This document shows, piece after piece, positions 46,326 through 55,411 of a stretch of DNA of 64,000 nucleotides (its first letter is position 1; every line of letters begins with the position of its first letter). The position numbers and the translations under genes were made by a program. Origin of the DNA: a virus; IMG/VR virus record IMGVR_UViG_3300035670_000096. The stretch is one strand, 5' to 3'. The notes below the pieces were generated by a model. The model was not told the origin of the DNA. It did not search any database and saw only the letters and a program-made list of their open reading frames with translations.

Positions 46326-47342
46326 TTAAGCCGCCCGAGACTCCATCATCTCCTTGAGGGAGAACCCGGCACTGGCGTTGGCCTTGGCTTCCTCGAACAC
46401 CTCGGCGTTATCCGTGTAGGCAATCAGGAAAGCCTTGGTGGTCGCTTCGTCCGTGTAGTCAGGCACGGCCTTGAACAGCTTGTCCAGGGTCTTCAAGAGA
46501 AGTACGCCTGTCCCGATGTTGTGCTTCTTCGCCGCAGCGTCCGCTAGTTCGCCGATACTCATCTCTTGGGTGGTAGCCGTGTCGGTCGCAGGCTCATTGC
46601 TGTTCATGCTGTTGGCTTCCGCCCACCGCTTGCCAGCACCTGTCGGGTCAGCCTTAAAGAACTCCTTCTGTTTCTCGCCGCCGCTGACGTAGGCGATAAG
46701 GTCTTGCAGGGGCTTGATATATGCAGAGGAGTCCTTGGGGGAGCCGCTCGGCCAGATTCCGCTAAAGAACTGCTTTACTGAAGAAATGTCAGTTCCAGTA
46801 AGTTCGATCAGCTTATTCCGCAGGTCTCGGGCGAGTTCCGTGTCGCTGGACGGCTTGGCCTGCTGAGCGGCAGGTTCCGCCTGTTTAACGGGTGCTGCCG
46901 CCTGACGTGACTGGTAGTTGCGCTGAACGCGCTCCGCGCTCACGCCGCTGCCGGAGTTGCCGTCGTCATCTTCTTCCGCGACAAGCCCAAGCATGGAGCC
47001 AAGGGCGTAGCGGCGAAGATAAGTGATCGTCGCGCCGATGGTCTGAGGCTTTCGGTCAACCGCCGACATAGAGAACTCGCTCATCATATACTGCCCGGAC
47101 GAGTGCATGATGTAGGTCTCGACCGTAGCGCCAGGATCGGAACTGGTGTTGTCCTTCACTGGCTGGAGGACCGCTAGGTCGTTATCGGCCAGCGGCTTCT
47201 TTACCGCGTCCATGACCGATGCAAGGTCCGCGTAGTGATTCTTGAGATGGGGGTTAACGCTGTCTTTAACCGCCGCCTTAATGCCTGACCATGCCTTGAT
47301 AACCGCAGGCATTAGCTTGTCTGTCTGTTCTGAGAAAATCAT
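46326..47342 (-). CDS. erf: ERF-family single-strand annealing protein
   Basis: NPHLKNHYADLASVMDAVKKPL, YIMHSSGQ, KPQTIGATITYLRRYALGSMLGLVAEEDDDGN. Confidence 0.8.
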   Translation of the reverse strand: MIFSEQTDKLMPAVIKAWSGIKAAVKDSVNPHLKNHYADLASVMDAVKKPLADNDLAVLQPVKDNTSSDPGATVETYIMHSSGQYMMSEFSMSAVDRKPQTIGATITYLRRYALGSMLGLVAEEDDDGNSGSGVSAERVQRNYQSRQAAAPVKQAEPAAQQAKPSSDTELARDLRNKLIELTGTDISSVKQFFSGIWPSGSPKDSSAYIKPLQDLIAYVSGGEKQKEFFKADPTGAGKRWAEANSMNSNEPATDTATTQEMSIGELADAAAKKHNIGTGVLLLKTLDKLFKAVPDYTDEATTKAFLIAYTDNAEVFEEAKANASAGFSLKEMMESRAA

Positions 47343-47382
47343 CTTGATTCTTTCCTTTCAGTTTTATTGATTAAACCACAAT

Positions 47383-47655
47383 TTAGTGGTCGTCGCCAGA
47401 GGACCACTCGTATCCAAATCCAACTACCGACCCTCTGCCGCTGCCTCTGCTGTGCTCTCCATGGATGGAGTCATCACCAGCTCCGTTCCCATGATTGTAT
47501 CCGCAGCCTTCGCTAATGCCAAGGCCGTCGCCGCTGCCGTCGTTAAAGCCTCCGCCGTCGCTGTAATCGTTTCCGTATCCGTAGCCTATGCCACCTCCTC
47601 CTCCGCTCCCGCCGCCGTAGTTGTTTCCGCTACCAAAGCCGTTGTCTTTAGCCAT
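47383..47655 (-). CDS. Gly/Tyr/Asp-rich low-complexity mini-protein (array A, member 9)
   Basis: Trimmed to MAKDNGFGSGNNYGGGSGGGGGIGYGYGNDYSDGGGF.... ATG lies 6 nt after the upstream stop. Confidence 0.6.
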   Translation of the reverse strand: MAKDNGFGSGNNYGGGSGGGGGIGYGYGNDYSDGGGFNDGSGDGLGISEGCGYNHGNGAGDDSIHGEHSRGSGRGSVVGFGYEWSSGDDH

Positions 47656-47660
47656 TAGTC

Positions 47661-47939
47661 CTAGATTCCGCTCCCTTCTGCGCCACCGCAGCCGTAGCCG
47701 CATAGGTGGTTGCTTTCGATCCGCTGCCAAAGACTTCGTGGCCAGTGCCCCCCGCTGCCGTCCCTCGCGCCGTGGCCGATGCTACAGCCATTACCGTATC
47801 CTCTCTTATTTCCGCTGTCTTCGCAAGTGAAGTCACTTCCGAATCCACACCCGTCGATAAAGCCAATGCTATCCGGGTTCATGTCGCCACCGATAGGGGT
47901 AGTTCCATGGATGTTATTTTCAATCGCTCTTGTATTCAT
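47661..47939 (-). CDS. Gly/Cys/Asp-rich mini-protein (array A, member 8)
   Basis: MNTRAIENN...GFIDGCGFGSDFTCEDSGNKRGYGNGCSIGHG...CGYGCGGAEGSGI. GGGAGG RBS. Confidence 0.6.
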   Translation of the reverse strand: MNTRAIENNIHGTTPIGGDMNPDSIGFIDGCGFGSDFTCEDSGNKRGYGNGCSIGHGARDGSGGHWPRSLWQRIESNHLCGYGCGGAEGSGI

Positions 47940-48165
47940 TTAACCTCCCGGCGCTCTCCTTTTCGCCGTTATCCTCTCCTGCTTGTTCTGCCCTCTCCCC
48001 GCAATCAGTACAGCGTCCATCTTCGAAGGCATGGCCGTATTTTTCGCAAGGTGTCCATTCGTCGTATTTGTTTTCTTCTCCACCACCGCCGCCACTGTAA
48101 GAGTCGTTCCCAAATCCGTCTCCGAAACCGGAGTCATATCCGAATCCGTATTTCCCGTTATTCAT
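47920..48165 (-). CDS. Gly/Tyr/Asp-rich mini-protein with C-terminal Cys knuckle (array A, member 7)
   Basis: MNNGKYGFGYDSGFGDGFGNDSYSGGGGG...CEKYGH..GRCTDCGE. AAAGGA RBS. Confidence 0.6.
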   Translation of the reverse strand: MNNGKYGFGYDSGFGDGFGNDSYSGGGGGEENKYDEWTPCEKYGHAFEDGRCTDCGERAEQAGEDNGEKESAGRLNEYKSD

Positions 48166-48177
48166 ACAGCATCCTTT

Positions 48178-48423
48178 CTACCCATTCCCATCCCCTTCTC
48201 GTTGGCTGGAGCCATATTTACGCCCACCTCCAAAGCCGGAATTAGTGCCGAAGCCGCAGTCTTTGCCACTGCCGTATCCCTCGCTTTTGTCTGTGCCTTT
48301 GCCTATACCTTCGCCGTAGCCGTAACCATCTTCTCTGCCGTCTTCGCCGCCGTAGCAGCCGTTTCCGCAGCCGTATCCCCAGCCGTCTCCGCATTCGTTC
48401 GTCTTGCCGGTTATATATTTCAT
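48178..48423 (-). CDS. Gly/Tyr/Cys-rich mini-protein (array A, member 6)
   Basis: Trimmed to MKYITGKTNECGDGWGYGCGNGCYGGEDGREDGYGYGEG.... ATG lies 2 nt after the upstream TAA. Confidence 0.6.
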   Translation of the reverse strand: MKYITGKTNECGDGWGYGCGNGCYGGEDGREDGYGYGEGIGKGTDKSEGYGSGKDCGFGTNSGFGGGRKYGSSQREGDGNG

Positions 48424-48424
48424 C

Positions 48425-48703
48425 TTACCCGTATCCATCGTCTTCTCTGTATCCGGAGCCGTCGCCGTCTCCATGTCCGTAGCCGCTCCCGTAACTAATC
48501 CCGCATCCACTCACGCAGCCGCCGCCGCCGAATCCTTCGCTGTTATCGGATCCATACCCTCCGCCTTCGTCGTCGTATTTACTCCCGCCGCCCCCAGAGC
48601 CGTAGTCGTCGCCGTATCCATGACCGCTTCCCCAGCCATCCCCGGTGCCATACCTGTCGCCCCAGCCGTCGCCGTATCCGTATCCGTACTCTTCTTTACC
48701 CAT
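48425..48703 (-). CDS. Gly/Tyr/Asp-rich mini-protein (array A, member 5)
   Basis: MGKEEYGYGYGDGWGDRYGTGDGWGSGHGYGDDYGSGGGG.... AGGGAGGA RBS. Confidence 0.7.
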   Translation of the reverse strand: MGKEEYGYGYGDGWGDRYGTGDGWGSGHGYGDDYGSGGGGSKYDDEGGGYGSDNSEGFGGGGCVSGCGISYGSGYGHGDGDGSGYREDDGYG

Positions 48704-48714
48704 GCGTCCTCCCT

Positions 48715-49028
<314 letters not shown>

Positions 49029-49032
<4 letters not shown>

Positions 49033-49285
49033 ACTTCATCCTCTTCGATCTCTCCTGCGCCGTCACTGGAACCGCAGCCGTGACCGTCTTTGTATTCGTC
49101 GCTTAAGCCGTCGCTGTCGCCGCAGCCGTATCCGTCTCCGTCTCCGTCGCCGCCTCCGTCGCTGACTCCGCCGCCTGAGCCGCGACTATCTCCCCAGCCG
49201 TCTCCAATTACGTAGCTGTAGCCGTAGCCGTAAACGGAGCCGCCACCTAGGTCTATGCCGTATCCGTAGCCGTAATCCTCCTTAC

Positions 49286-49289
<4 letters not shown>
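49029..49289 (-). CDS. Gly/Tyr/Asp-rich mini-protein (array A, member 3)
   Basis: MSKEDYGYGYGIDLGGGSVYGYGYSYVIGDGWGD...EIEEDEV. ATGA overlaps at both ends. Confidence 0.7.
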
Positions 49290-49567
<278 letters not shown>

Positions 49568-49594
49568 TTACAATCCCTCCCGTTTATGAATACC

Positions 49595-49627
49595 ACCAGC
49601 GGATTCCTTACTGGCTGATCCGCTGGT
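49595..49627 (-). other. perfect 10-bp inverted repeat (hairpin) between array A members 1 and 2
   Basis: ACCAGCGGAT (49595-49604) and ATCCGCTGGT (49618-49627) with a 13-nt loop. No U-tract follows on the - strand. Confidence 0.5.
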
Positions 49628-49654
49628 GTCTCTAACACTGGCTACAAGTCGTTT

Positions 49655-49927
49655 TTAATTCCCTCCTCCTATGTAGCCGTATCCATCGGACTCCGCGCCT
49701 CCCCTGCCGAACGTTAGGCCGTTCCCAGCCCCGTCATCGCCGATCTTTTCTGCGTTATCCATGCCAAGAATTGCCTCTCTGACATGGCCGAAGCCCCCTT
49801 CCGTTTCCATTATTCCTGTCTGCCCGCCTCCATCGCCATTAGTTTCCTTGCTGCCGAATCCGCTGGCTCTTCCAAAGGTGATACGAGAAACCTTCTCTTC
49901 GTACTCTCTAATGCCTTTGTTTGTCAT
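49655..49927 (-). CDS. Gly-rich mini-protein (array A, member 1, divergent)
   Basis: MTNKGIREYEEKVSRITFGRASGFGSKETNGDGGGQTG...GRGGAESDGYGYIGGGN. Confidence 0.55.
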   Translation of the reverse strand: MTNKGIREYEEKVSRITFGRASGFGSKETNGDGGGQTGIMETEGGFGHVREAILGMDNAEKIGDDGAGNGLTFGRGGAESDGYGYIGGGN

Positions 49928-49939
49928 AATGAATTTCCT

Positions 49940-50122
49940 TTACGCCAGTTTGGAGAACTCCTTCTGGGCTAGTTTCTTGGTTGCGCCTTTAGCTTCCCAG
50001 GACCGGGCATCAGCGAGAAGCCAACGCGCTATTGTTCTCTCGATTGCAGGAAGCCCGATAGTCCTAACCTTGTAGGCCGCTACCATCGAAAGGATGACGA
50101 AGCCGCCGATTACTACCTGCAT
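49940..50122 (-). CDS. 60-aa protein with N-terminal transmembrane helix
   Basis: MQVVIGGFVILSMVAAYKV.... TAATG overlap with the ParB-like gene stop. Confidence 0.5.
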   Translation of the reverse strand: MQVVIGGFVILSMVAAYKVRTIGLPAIERTIARWLLADARSWEAKGATKKLAQKEFSKLA

Positions 50123-51066
50123 TACTCCTTACCTCCCATGATAGCCTCAAGAGCCTCCACCGCTTCGCTGTCGTCATGAATACCGCCGCTCATGATAGCA
50201 AGCATGACCCCGGCCAGCTTCTGAAGTTCGTCACTGATTGCCGGAGAGCCGACCATGACATCGAAGAACGAATACATTTCGCCCCAGGTGCGCTTGTTAT
50301 TCTTGGGAGTGTCGGAGAGCTTGCGAATGATCTCCTTGACGGCACGCTTCTTCTTGGCCGGAGTGGTTTCCTCCGGCTGATCTGCTTCGTTCTTGGTGAT
50401 GGTGGTGGTGTCGGTGTTGTCGTCTTCGTTGTTATCGACCTCAGCGGGAGCCGGAGCCGTTACGACCGATTCAATCTCTTTCACCGCAACTTTCTGTTTG
50501 TCCGCGCTCATCTTGGCGATAGAGAGGGCATCGGTAAAGTTGATCTCGCCGCTGTGGACCTTCTGCTGGATGTTGTAGTCCAGGCTCAGGAGGCTCCGGT
50601 GCTGGCTCACCCATCCGCCCGTGCGCCCGAAGAAGCTGGCGATCTGGGAGTCCGTCTGCCCGTAGTTCTCGCTCATTCGCCGGATGGAGAGAGCATAGTC
50701 CATGTGAGAAAGGTTATTCCGGTGGGCGTTCTCGGCCAAGTTGCGAAAGAACACGTCGCGGTCGTTGCCGTCAAACACGACGACCTTAATCTTCATGCGC
50801 TGGTCTTCCTGGACGCCAGCGTTGATCCGTTTAATCGCTTCATAGCGGCCAAACCCGTAGGCCAGCCGAAGGGTGTTATTGGGCTTTTCGCGCACCGCGC
50901 CAACGGCCTCAAGCTGCCCGTACTGGCTGATGGACTGAACCAAGACGCCGATATCGGACTGGCTGAAGCGATTATTAGATGCGTGATCGACGGCGATATC
51001 GTCGATATCGACGAGGTATTCAGCACCGCGCTCGGGCTTAATGGTGCTCTGGAATTTCAAAGACAT
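50122..51066 (-). CDS. ParB/sulfiredoxin N-terminal-domain protein
   Basis: ParB-N box GQLEAVGAVRE...LRLAYGFGRYEAIKR, followed by an HTH-like middle region and an acidic Thr/Asp/Asn-rich linker. Confidence 0.65.
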   Translation of the reverse strand: MSLKFQSTIKPERGAEYLVDIDDIAVDHASNNRFSQSDIGVLVQSISQYGQLEAVGAVREKPNNTLRLAYGFGRYEAIKRINAGVQEDQRMKIKVVVFDGNDRDVFFRNLAENAHRNNLSHMDYALSIRRMSENYGQTDSQIASFFGRTGGWVSQHRSLLSLDYNIQQKVHSGEINFTDALSIAKMSADKQKVAVKEIESVVTAPAPAEVDNNEDDNTDTTTITKNEADQPEETTPAKKKRAVKEIIRKLSDTPKNNKRTWGEMYSFFDVMVGSPAISDELQKLAGVMLAIMSGGIHDDSEAVEALEAIMGGKE

Positions 51067-51149
51067 TCTGTTTTCTCCTTTTGCCGCAACAGCGACAAGA
51101 TAATGCTACTATAGTGTGGAAGAGTTTGCAACCCCAAATTTGAGGAAGC

Positions 51150-51479
51150 ATGAAAAGGATTACTCAAAAAGAGCAAATCATTGAATTGATGAAGGCTGGA
51201 CTCTCGCCTAAAGAGATAATCTCTACTGTTGGATGCCACTTCACTTATGGCTATAGAGTTATCGAGGAAGAAAAGCTACGCAGTGGGCTAGAGCCTGCCG
51301 GGAACCCAAAGCTAAAAAGCCTTGAGGCTAGGGTTAAGAACCTAGAGAAGATCGTCGCCTCTCTCGCCGCCATGAAACGGTTTGGAGGCTCCGGCGCTAC
51401 TTCTCCACAAGAGAGTCCAGAAGTTCGACTTCAGAGACTGCTCGCTGACAGTGAACGCCAATCGCAAACGCACGGATGA
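51150..51479 (+). CDS. small HTH DNA-binding protein (only rightward gene inside the leftward block)
   Basis: MKRITQKEQIIELMKAGLSPKEIISTVGCHFTYGYRVI is helix-turn-helix-like. GAGGAAG RBS. Divergent from the ParB-like gene. Confidence 0.55.
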   Translation: MKRITQKEQIIELMKAGLSPKEIISTVGCHFTYGYRVIEEEKLRSGLEPAGNPKLKSLEARVKNLEKIVASLAAMKRFGGSGATSPQESPEVRLQRLLADSERQSQTHG

Positions 51480-51780
51480 TCGCTGTGGTGATAAGGTCCA
51501 GGTAGAGAAGGGAAGCCGTCGTTTCGTAGTGTTCGTCTCGCGGGAGGCTGCTCACTTTGTCTACGGTTTCCGAAAGCGATATCATAAACCCTTCCGACAT
51601 CAGGGCGATCTGGCTCATAGATTCGGGGTTGGATTGAAACTCTCTCTGGATTTCCAGTTCGATATTGCCCCACTTATCCATTACCCCTTGTCTCGTTACT
51701 TCTTCATTGCCGTCTGGATCGAATCCAAGCATTACTTCGATGGCTTTGGGGAAGTGCTTTGCTGCCTGTGAGTATTTCAT
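51397..51780 (-). CDS. hypothetical protein
   Basis: 127-aa ORF. Its 3' end overlaps the convergent HTH gene by 83 nt. Confidence 0.5.
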   Translation of the reverse strand: MKYSQAAKHFPKAIEVMLGFDPDGNEEVTRQGVMDKWGNIELEIQREFQSNPESMSQIALMSEGFMISLSETVDKVSSLPRDEHYETTASLLYLDLITTAIIRAFAIGVHCQRAVSEVELLDSLVEK

Positions 51781-51791
51781 AGTTTTATCCT

Positions 51792-52025
51792 TTATTCGTT
51801 AATCACCCAGGCCCACTTTATTCCTGAGTCTGGGGTTAGTTGATCTTTCCAGGGCAATCCCCCGGTGAAATGTGCGGACACGGAGCCGTGTAGGTCATGT
51901 CCGATTAGGACTGGCTCCCCGTCTGGCATTAGTAGGACGACTCCTGCCGGGATAGAATCCTGTCGCCACGGAAAGCTGTCAATTGAACTGAACTGAAGGT
52001 TTAACAGTCGATCCCTGATGTTCAA
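51792..52025 (-). CDS. hypothetical protein
   Basis: 77-aa ORF. Confidence 0.45.
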   Translation of the reverse strand: MNIRDRLLNLQFSSIDSFPWRQDSIPAGVVLLMPDGEPVLIGHDLHGSVSAHFTGGLPWKDQLTPDSGIKWAWVINE

Positions 52026-52281
52026 TTTGTTTTACCTCTATGATATTGCCGTTTGCCGCCACTCTGAGGTTATCGAGTTCCCAGGTCTTTACCTGTTTCC
52101 AGCGGCCTCCCTCTTCGGTCTCAAAGATAACGACCTTGCTGTAGGCCCTCATTCTGTGATTGCGAAGAGAGAGCTTTATGTAGCAGCTAACTATTAGCTT
52201 AGACTTGCCGCTGCCAAGTCCCACGCGCTCACTGCTCCAGCCGCGCGTCTTTGCCCATTTAATGAATTCTTGCCGCGTCAT
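51979..52281 (-). CDS. hypothetical protein
   Basis: Trimmed to MTRQEFIKWAKTRGW.... ATGA overlap with the upstream stop at 52278-52281. Confidence 0.5.
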   Translation of the reverse strand: MTRQEFIKWAKTRGWSSERVGLGSGKSKLIVSCYIKLSLRNHRMRAYSKVVIFETEEGGRWKQVKTWELDNLRVAANGNIIEVKQIEHQGSTVKPSVQFN

Positions 52282-52694
52282 GATCCACCCCTTAGCTTGC
52301 TTGCTTCCTTGGTCCACCCATCCCTGACTAGCTTGAGGGCATCAGGCAGTTGCATGGCGCACCACTCGATGCCGTCTGCCATTGCTGAGTGCCTGATCTT
52401 TTGCACAGCGGCAAAAGATGCGACTACTGGCTTCTGATCTCTATGCTCATGCTGTCTGATATCCCTGTTTTCATGGTCTCTCAGCAAGGTCCATCCGTTC
52501 CTGGCGGCCTTCCTTCGGGTTGTGACGTACACCCTGCCGCTTTCGTCTTTAGCAGATACAGCGAAGCGTAGCTGGCTGCTGTACAGCTTTACCTCTGCGA
52601 TAGGGGAGGCGGCGGCAAGCGCGATTGGCCGCTTGTCCGCCCCCACATACATATTGCCGTTGAAGTCTGCGATTACGGTTACTCGATATGACAT
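52278..52694 (-). CDS. hypothetical protein
   Basis: 138-aa ORF directly downstream of GATase-II copy a. Confidence 0.55.
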   Translation of the reverse strand: MSYRVTVIADFNGNMYVGADKRPIALAAASPIAEVKLYSSQLRFAVSAKDESGRVYVTTRRKAARNGWTLLRDHENRDIRQHEHRDQKPVVASFAAVQKIRHSAMADGIEWCAMQLPDALKLVRDGWTKEASKLRGGS

Positions 52695-52699
52695 GACTG

Positions 52700-53668
52700 T
52701 TAGTTCCGCCCCTCGTAAGCCTTACGGACAACGGCGATGCTCTCGTCCACGTCGTCCCAAGAGTAGGGGACTCCGTTGCTGTCGTAGAAGACTCCGGCGT
52801 TAAGGCCCTCCGGCTGATCGGCTTGGAACAGCGGGGTTAGCACCTTGCGGCATGGGACACAGAGCGCCATATCGTCGCACTCCGTAGCAATATCCAGCCA
52901 ATCTAGTTCATTGCAATACTCGCAATGCGCCCAGATGTCGGAGCCGTCCTCCCAGGTCTTCAGGTCCTTAGCTGTGATGATGTCGCCTTCGGCCATCTTT
53001 CGGCTGCTCTGAGTAGGGATATTCCACCCACAGTTAGCATCCTTGTCTTCTTCATAGTACTTATCCCAGTCCCAGCTCGTCTGCCGCTGCTGGTAGTTGC
53101 GCGAGTAGTATTTGTTGTATCGGGTGTATCCGACCTGCTCGTAGAACGAGTGCGTATTGCTGTACCAGATGCCGTTTTTCCAGGTGCCTGACTTCTCGTT
53201 AACTAGTGTGATGCTGCCGGAGTCAGCGAGGAAGGCGAGCTTGTTATAGCTGCCTACCCAAGTGCCCAGCATAGCGACAATCTCCTCGTCGCTGATGTTG
53301 TCTTGGTCGATTCCAAGCTGTCGCAACTCTTGGGCGTAATGCCATGTGTCGGACATCAGCTTGTTCTTCTGCTCGATTGCAATGATGCCGTTGTGCGCCA
53401 TGTAAAGCCGCTTGGTGACGCGGAACGGGTGGCAGTTGTCGAGGTTCTTGGTGCCGTGGGTAGCGAAACGATAGTGCAATACGTAGGGGTTGCCCTTCGC
53501 TTTCTCAAGCAGCGGTTCCAGTTCGCTGAACTTCATGCCTTTATTGATTATCAACCCGGAACCGTCCGAGTGCATGAGGCCCCAGCCATGCGGGTTATCG
53601 CTCCAGCCGCGCTCGATTACCCCGCACGTAGGGACTTCTCCGGTAGGTGATGCAATGATTAAGCACAT
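52700..53668 (-). CDS. class-II glutamine-amidotransferase-type Ntn hydrolase (copy a) with C-terminal Cys-knuckle extension
   Basis: Start set to Met-Cys (MCLIIASPTGE) with a GAGGAG RBS. GWGLM, VLHYRFATHG, NCHPF, MAHNGII. C-terminal CEYC...CVPC. Confidence 0.75.
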   Translation of the reverse strand: MCLIIASPTGEVPTCGVIERGWSDNPHGWGLMHSDGSGLIINKGMKFSELEPLLEKAKGNPYVLHYRFATHGTKNLDNCHPFRVTKRLYMAHNGIIAIEQKNKLMSDTWHYAQELRQLGIDQDNISDEEIVAMLGTWVGSYNKLAFLADSGSITLVNEKSGTWKNGIWYSNTHSFYEQVGYTRYNKYYSRNYQQRQTSWDWDKYYEEDKDANCGWNIPTQSSRKMAEGDIITAKDLKTWEDGSDIWAHCEYCNELDWLDIATECDDMALCVPCRKVLTPLFQADQPEGLNAGVFYDSNGVPYSWDDVDESIAVVRKAYEGRN

Positions 53669-53681
53669 ATTCTTTTCTCCT

Positions 53682-54983
53682 CTATTTCTCTGTGGTTCTT
53701 GTCCCGACATAGCGGGGGTTTGGGTGGAACGCTCTGCTCGATAGGTACTCATCGAGGTTAGGAAATTCTTTCCGGTTAGCTTTGACGAATTCCAGGAACC
53801 GCCCAGCCGACAACTCCCTGTAGCTACGGTCGCGCGTGAAGTCGATTGTGGCTTTGACGAACTCTAGATTTTTCAGAATCCGGTCCTTTCGCATGTTGCC
53901 GCGAAAGATGCGAAACTCGATAGTCTGCCTGTTCTCCAGGTTGACGGCCTCATATCTCTCTTCGCTGTGGGCGCAATGACCGATCTTCTTATCCGCCTTC
54001 AGTATCCCCCACTTATTGCAAGCCCGTTGCGCTACGGTCTTCACTAGGTCGTGGTTTTCCGGCGCGTTAACGAAGACGACGATCTTCTGGATGTGCATCT
54101 TCGTTAGTGGTGCGCGGGATACGTGGACGTGAAACCCGCAGGTCCCTGAGGTATGGGAGGACAGTCCCGGAATATCTTCGTTCCACTGGTCCTGCCATAG
54201 CTTGCGAATCTCTTCCCAGGTGTGCGGGTGGGTGACGATCTCGAAGCCGCGACCGATACTGGAGTCCTTCTTTAGGTAGGCCCGGTCTTTCATTAGCGCC
54301 GCGACTTCTACGGCTTTATCTTCAACGTCTTCATCGTCGTCCACTGCTACCTCTAGCTCGCAGCCGAAGTAGAGAATCTTGTCCTTGGGCTGCTGCTTGG
54401 TCCCGAAGAACCTAGGCTTAGGCTTAAAGCAGTATCCAAATATGGGATTACCTTCAACCACGGAGTCGTAGCAGTTCCCGCAATACCCATGGCCTTCAAA
54501 TATCTGTAGGTAGGCAATCCTCACGCAGTTACCGCAACTATGGCAATCGCGGTAGTATTCTTCATGGCATCCGTTACAGATAAGGCCCAGATGTCCAGTC
54601 ACCGAGATACCCTGGTTCTCCTGTCTGCTGACATGATCCCCGCAACTATAGCACTGAAACGTGTTTTCACTGAAGCAGCGCTCGCAGGCTACGCGGACCC
54701 CTGGATGAGTGTTAGGCATTAGCTCGGAGCTTCGATTGTAGCTTAGAGACGAAACCGGCACCTCTCTCTGGCAGCAAGGGCAGGCCGCCCGTGTTTCTCG
54801 TCCGTGATACGAATTGTAGCAATTGTCGCAGATGAACCTGCTGGGTCCATTCAGCGGTCGAAAGCTGCCGTCTTCGTTCACGGCTACCGCATCGCCATAG
54901 CCAGCGTAAGCCGTCCAGGCCCAATCTTGGCTTCTCACGCTGCGTTCCGTCCCGCAAATGCCGCATTGATAATTGAATGGCAT
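53682..54983 (-). CDS. multi-zinc-ribbon protein fused to an Amidoligase_2-type COOH-NH2 ligase domain (copy a)
   Basis: The N-terminal ~190 aa carries about 8 CxxC pairs (CGIC, CDNC, CPCC, CERC, CYSC, CNGC, CHSC, CGNC). The C-terminal part has GCELEV, KKDSSIGRGFEIVTHP, GTCGFHVHVS, RYEAVNL and TIEFRIFRGN. Confidence 0.75.
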   Translation of the reverse strand: MPFNYQCGICGTERSVRSQDWAWTAYAGYGDAVAVNEDGSFRPLNGPSRFICDNCYNSYHGRETRAACPCCQREVPVSSLSYNRSSELMPNTHPGVRVACERCFSENTFQCYSCGDHVSRQENQGISVTGHLGLICNGCHEEYYRDCHSCGNCVRIAYLQIFEGHGYCGNCYDSVVEGNPIFGYCFKPKPRFFGTKQQPKDKILYFGCELEVAVDDDEDVEDKAVEVAALMKDRAYLKKDSSIGRGFEIVTHPHTWEEIRKLWQDQWNEDIPGLSSHTSGTCGFHVHVSRAPLTKMHIQKIVVFVNAPENHDLVKTVAQRACNKWGILKADKKIGHCAHSEERYEAVNLENRQTIEFRIFRGNMRKDRILKNLEFVKATIDFTRDRSYRELSAGRFLEFVKANRKEFPNLDEYLSSRAFHPNPRYVGTRTTEK

Positions 54984-54984
54984 A

Positions 54985-55122
54985 CTATTCTCCTTTCTTC
55001 ATTCTCCAGCAGAGTAGAACATAGGATACACCAGTCGCCATGATTGGCGCAAGTGTCGGCCAGTTCCGGGGAGAGAAAACTCCATGCACCGGGCAGAAAA
55101 GAAATTCATAGGCGTCATTCAT
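54985..55122 (-). CDS. possible 45-aa ORF (below the track cutoff)
   Basis: Read by hand: MNDAYEFLFCPVHGVFSPRNWPTLAPIMATGVSYVLLCWRMKKGE*. It fills the gap between two genes exactly but has no clear RBS. Confidence 0.25.
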   Translation of the reverse strand: MNDAYEFLFCPVHGVFSPRNWPTLAPIMATGVSYVLLCWRMKKGE

Positions 55123-55124
55123 GA

Positions 55125-55355
55125 TTAGGTCCTTTCGATTTTGGTAATGATTCCGTTATCGCTAACGTAGAGGTTAGTCCGGTCGAGTACGTCCAGCGCA
55201 CCAGTGATAAACATATCCGCCTTTGCCTTGTTACGGGGGTAGACCCTCTCTGCCTCCGGCCTGCATCCGGGGAAGTAGTCTCCGGCGCACAAGGTAGCCG
55301 CCCATAGCTTACCGCTTACCATTGCCTTATGTAGGCTATCCGCTTGATTGTTCAT
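55125..55355 (-). CDS. hypothetical protein
   Basis: 76-aa ORF. Confidence 0.5.
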   Translation of the reverse strand: MNNQADSLHKAMVSGKLWAATLCAGDYFPGCRPEAERVYPRNKAKADMFITGALDVLDRTNLYVSDNGIITKIERT

Positions 55356-55411
55356 TCATTCCTCCTATATGTAGAATCTTATCACTGATTTAGTTGTTCT
55401 GTCAACGCTGT

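Noticed and set aside
50176-51114. 312-aa + strand ORF antisense to the ParB-like gene.
   Set aside because: It is a shadow ORF of a well-supported - strand gene. It has no RBS, an odd composition (V/L/G/D/R-rich) and no motifs.
52700-53752. Longer N-terminal extensions of the two GATase-II ORFs (track starts at 53752 and 58882).
   Set aside because: The extensions overlap the upstream genes or the repeat DNA and have Ala/Thr repeat-frame composition. Ntn class-II amidotransferases need Cys directly after the initiator Met. Both MCLIIAS starts have strong RBSs.
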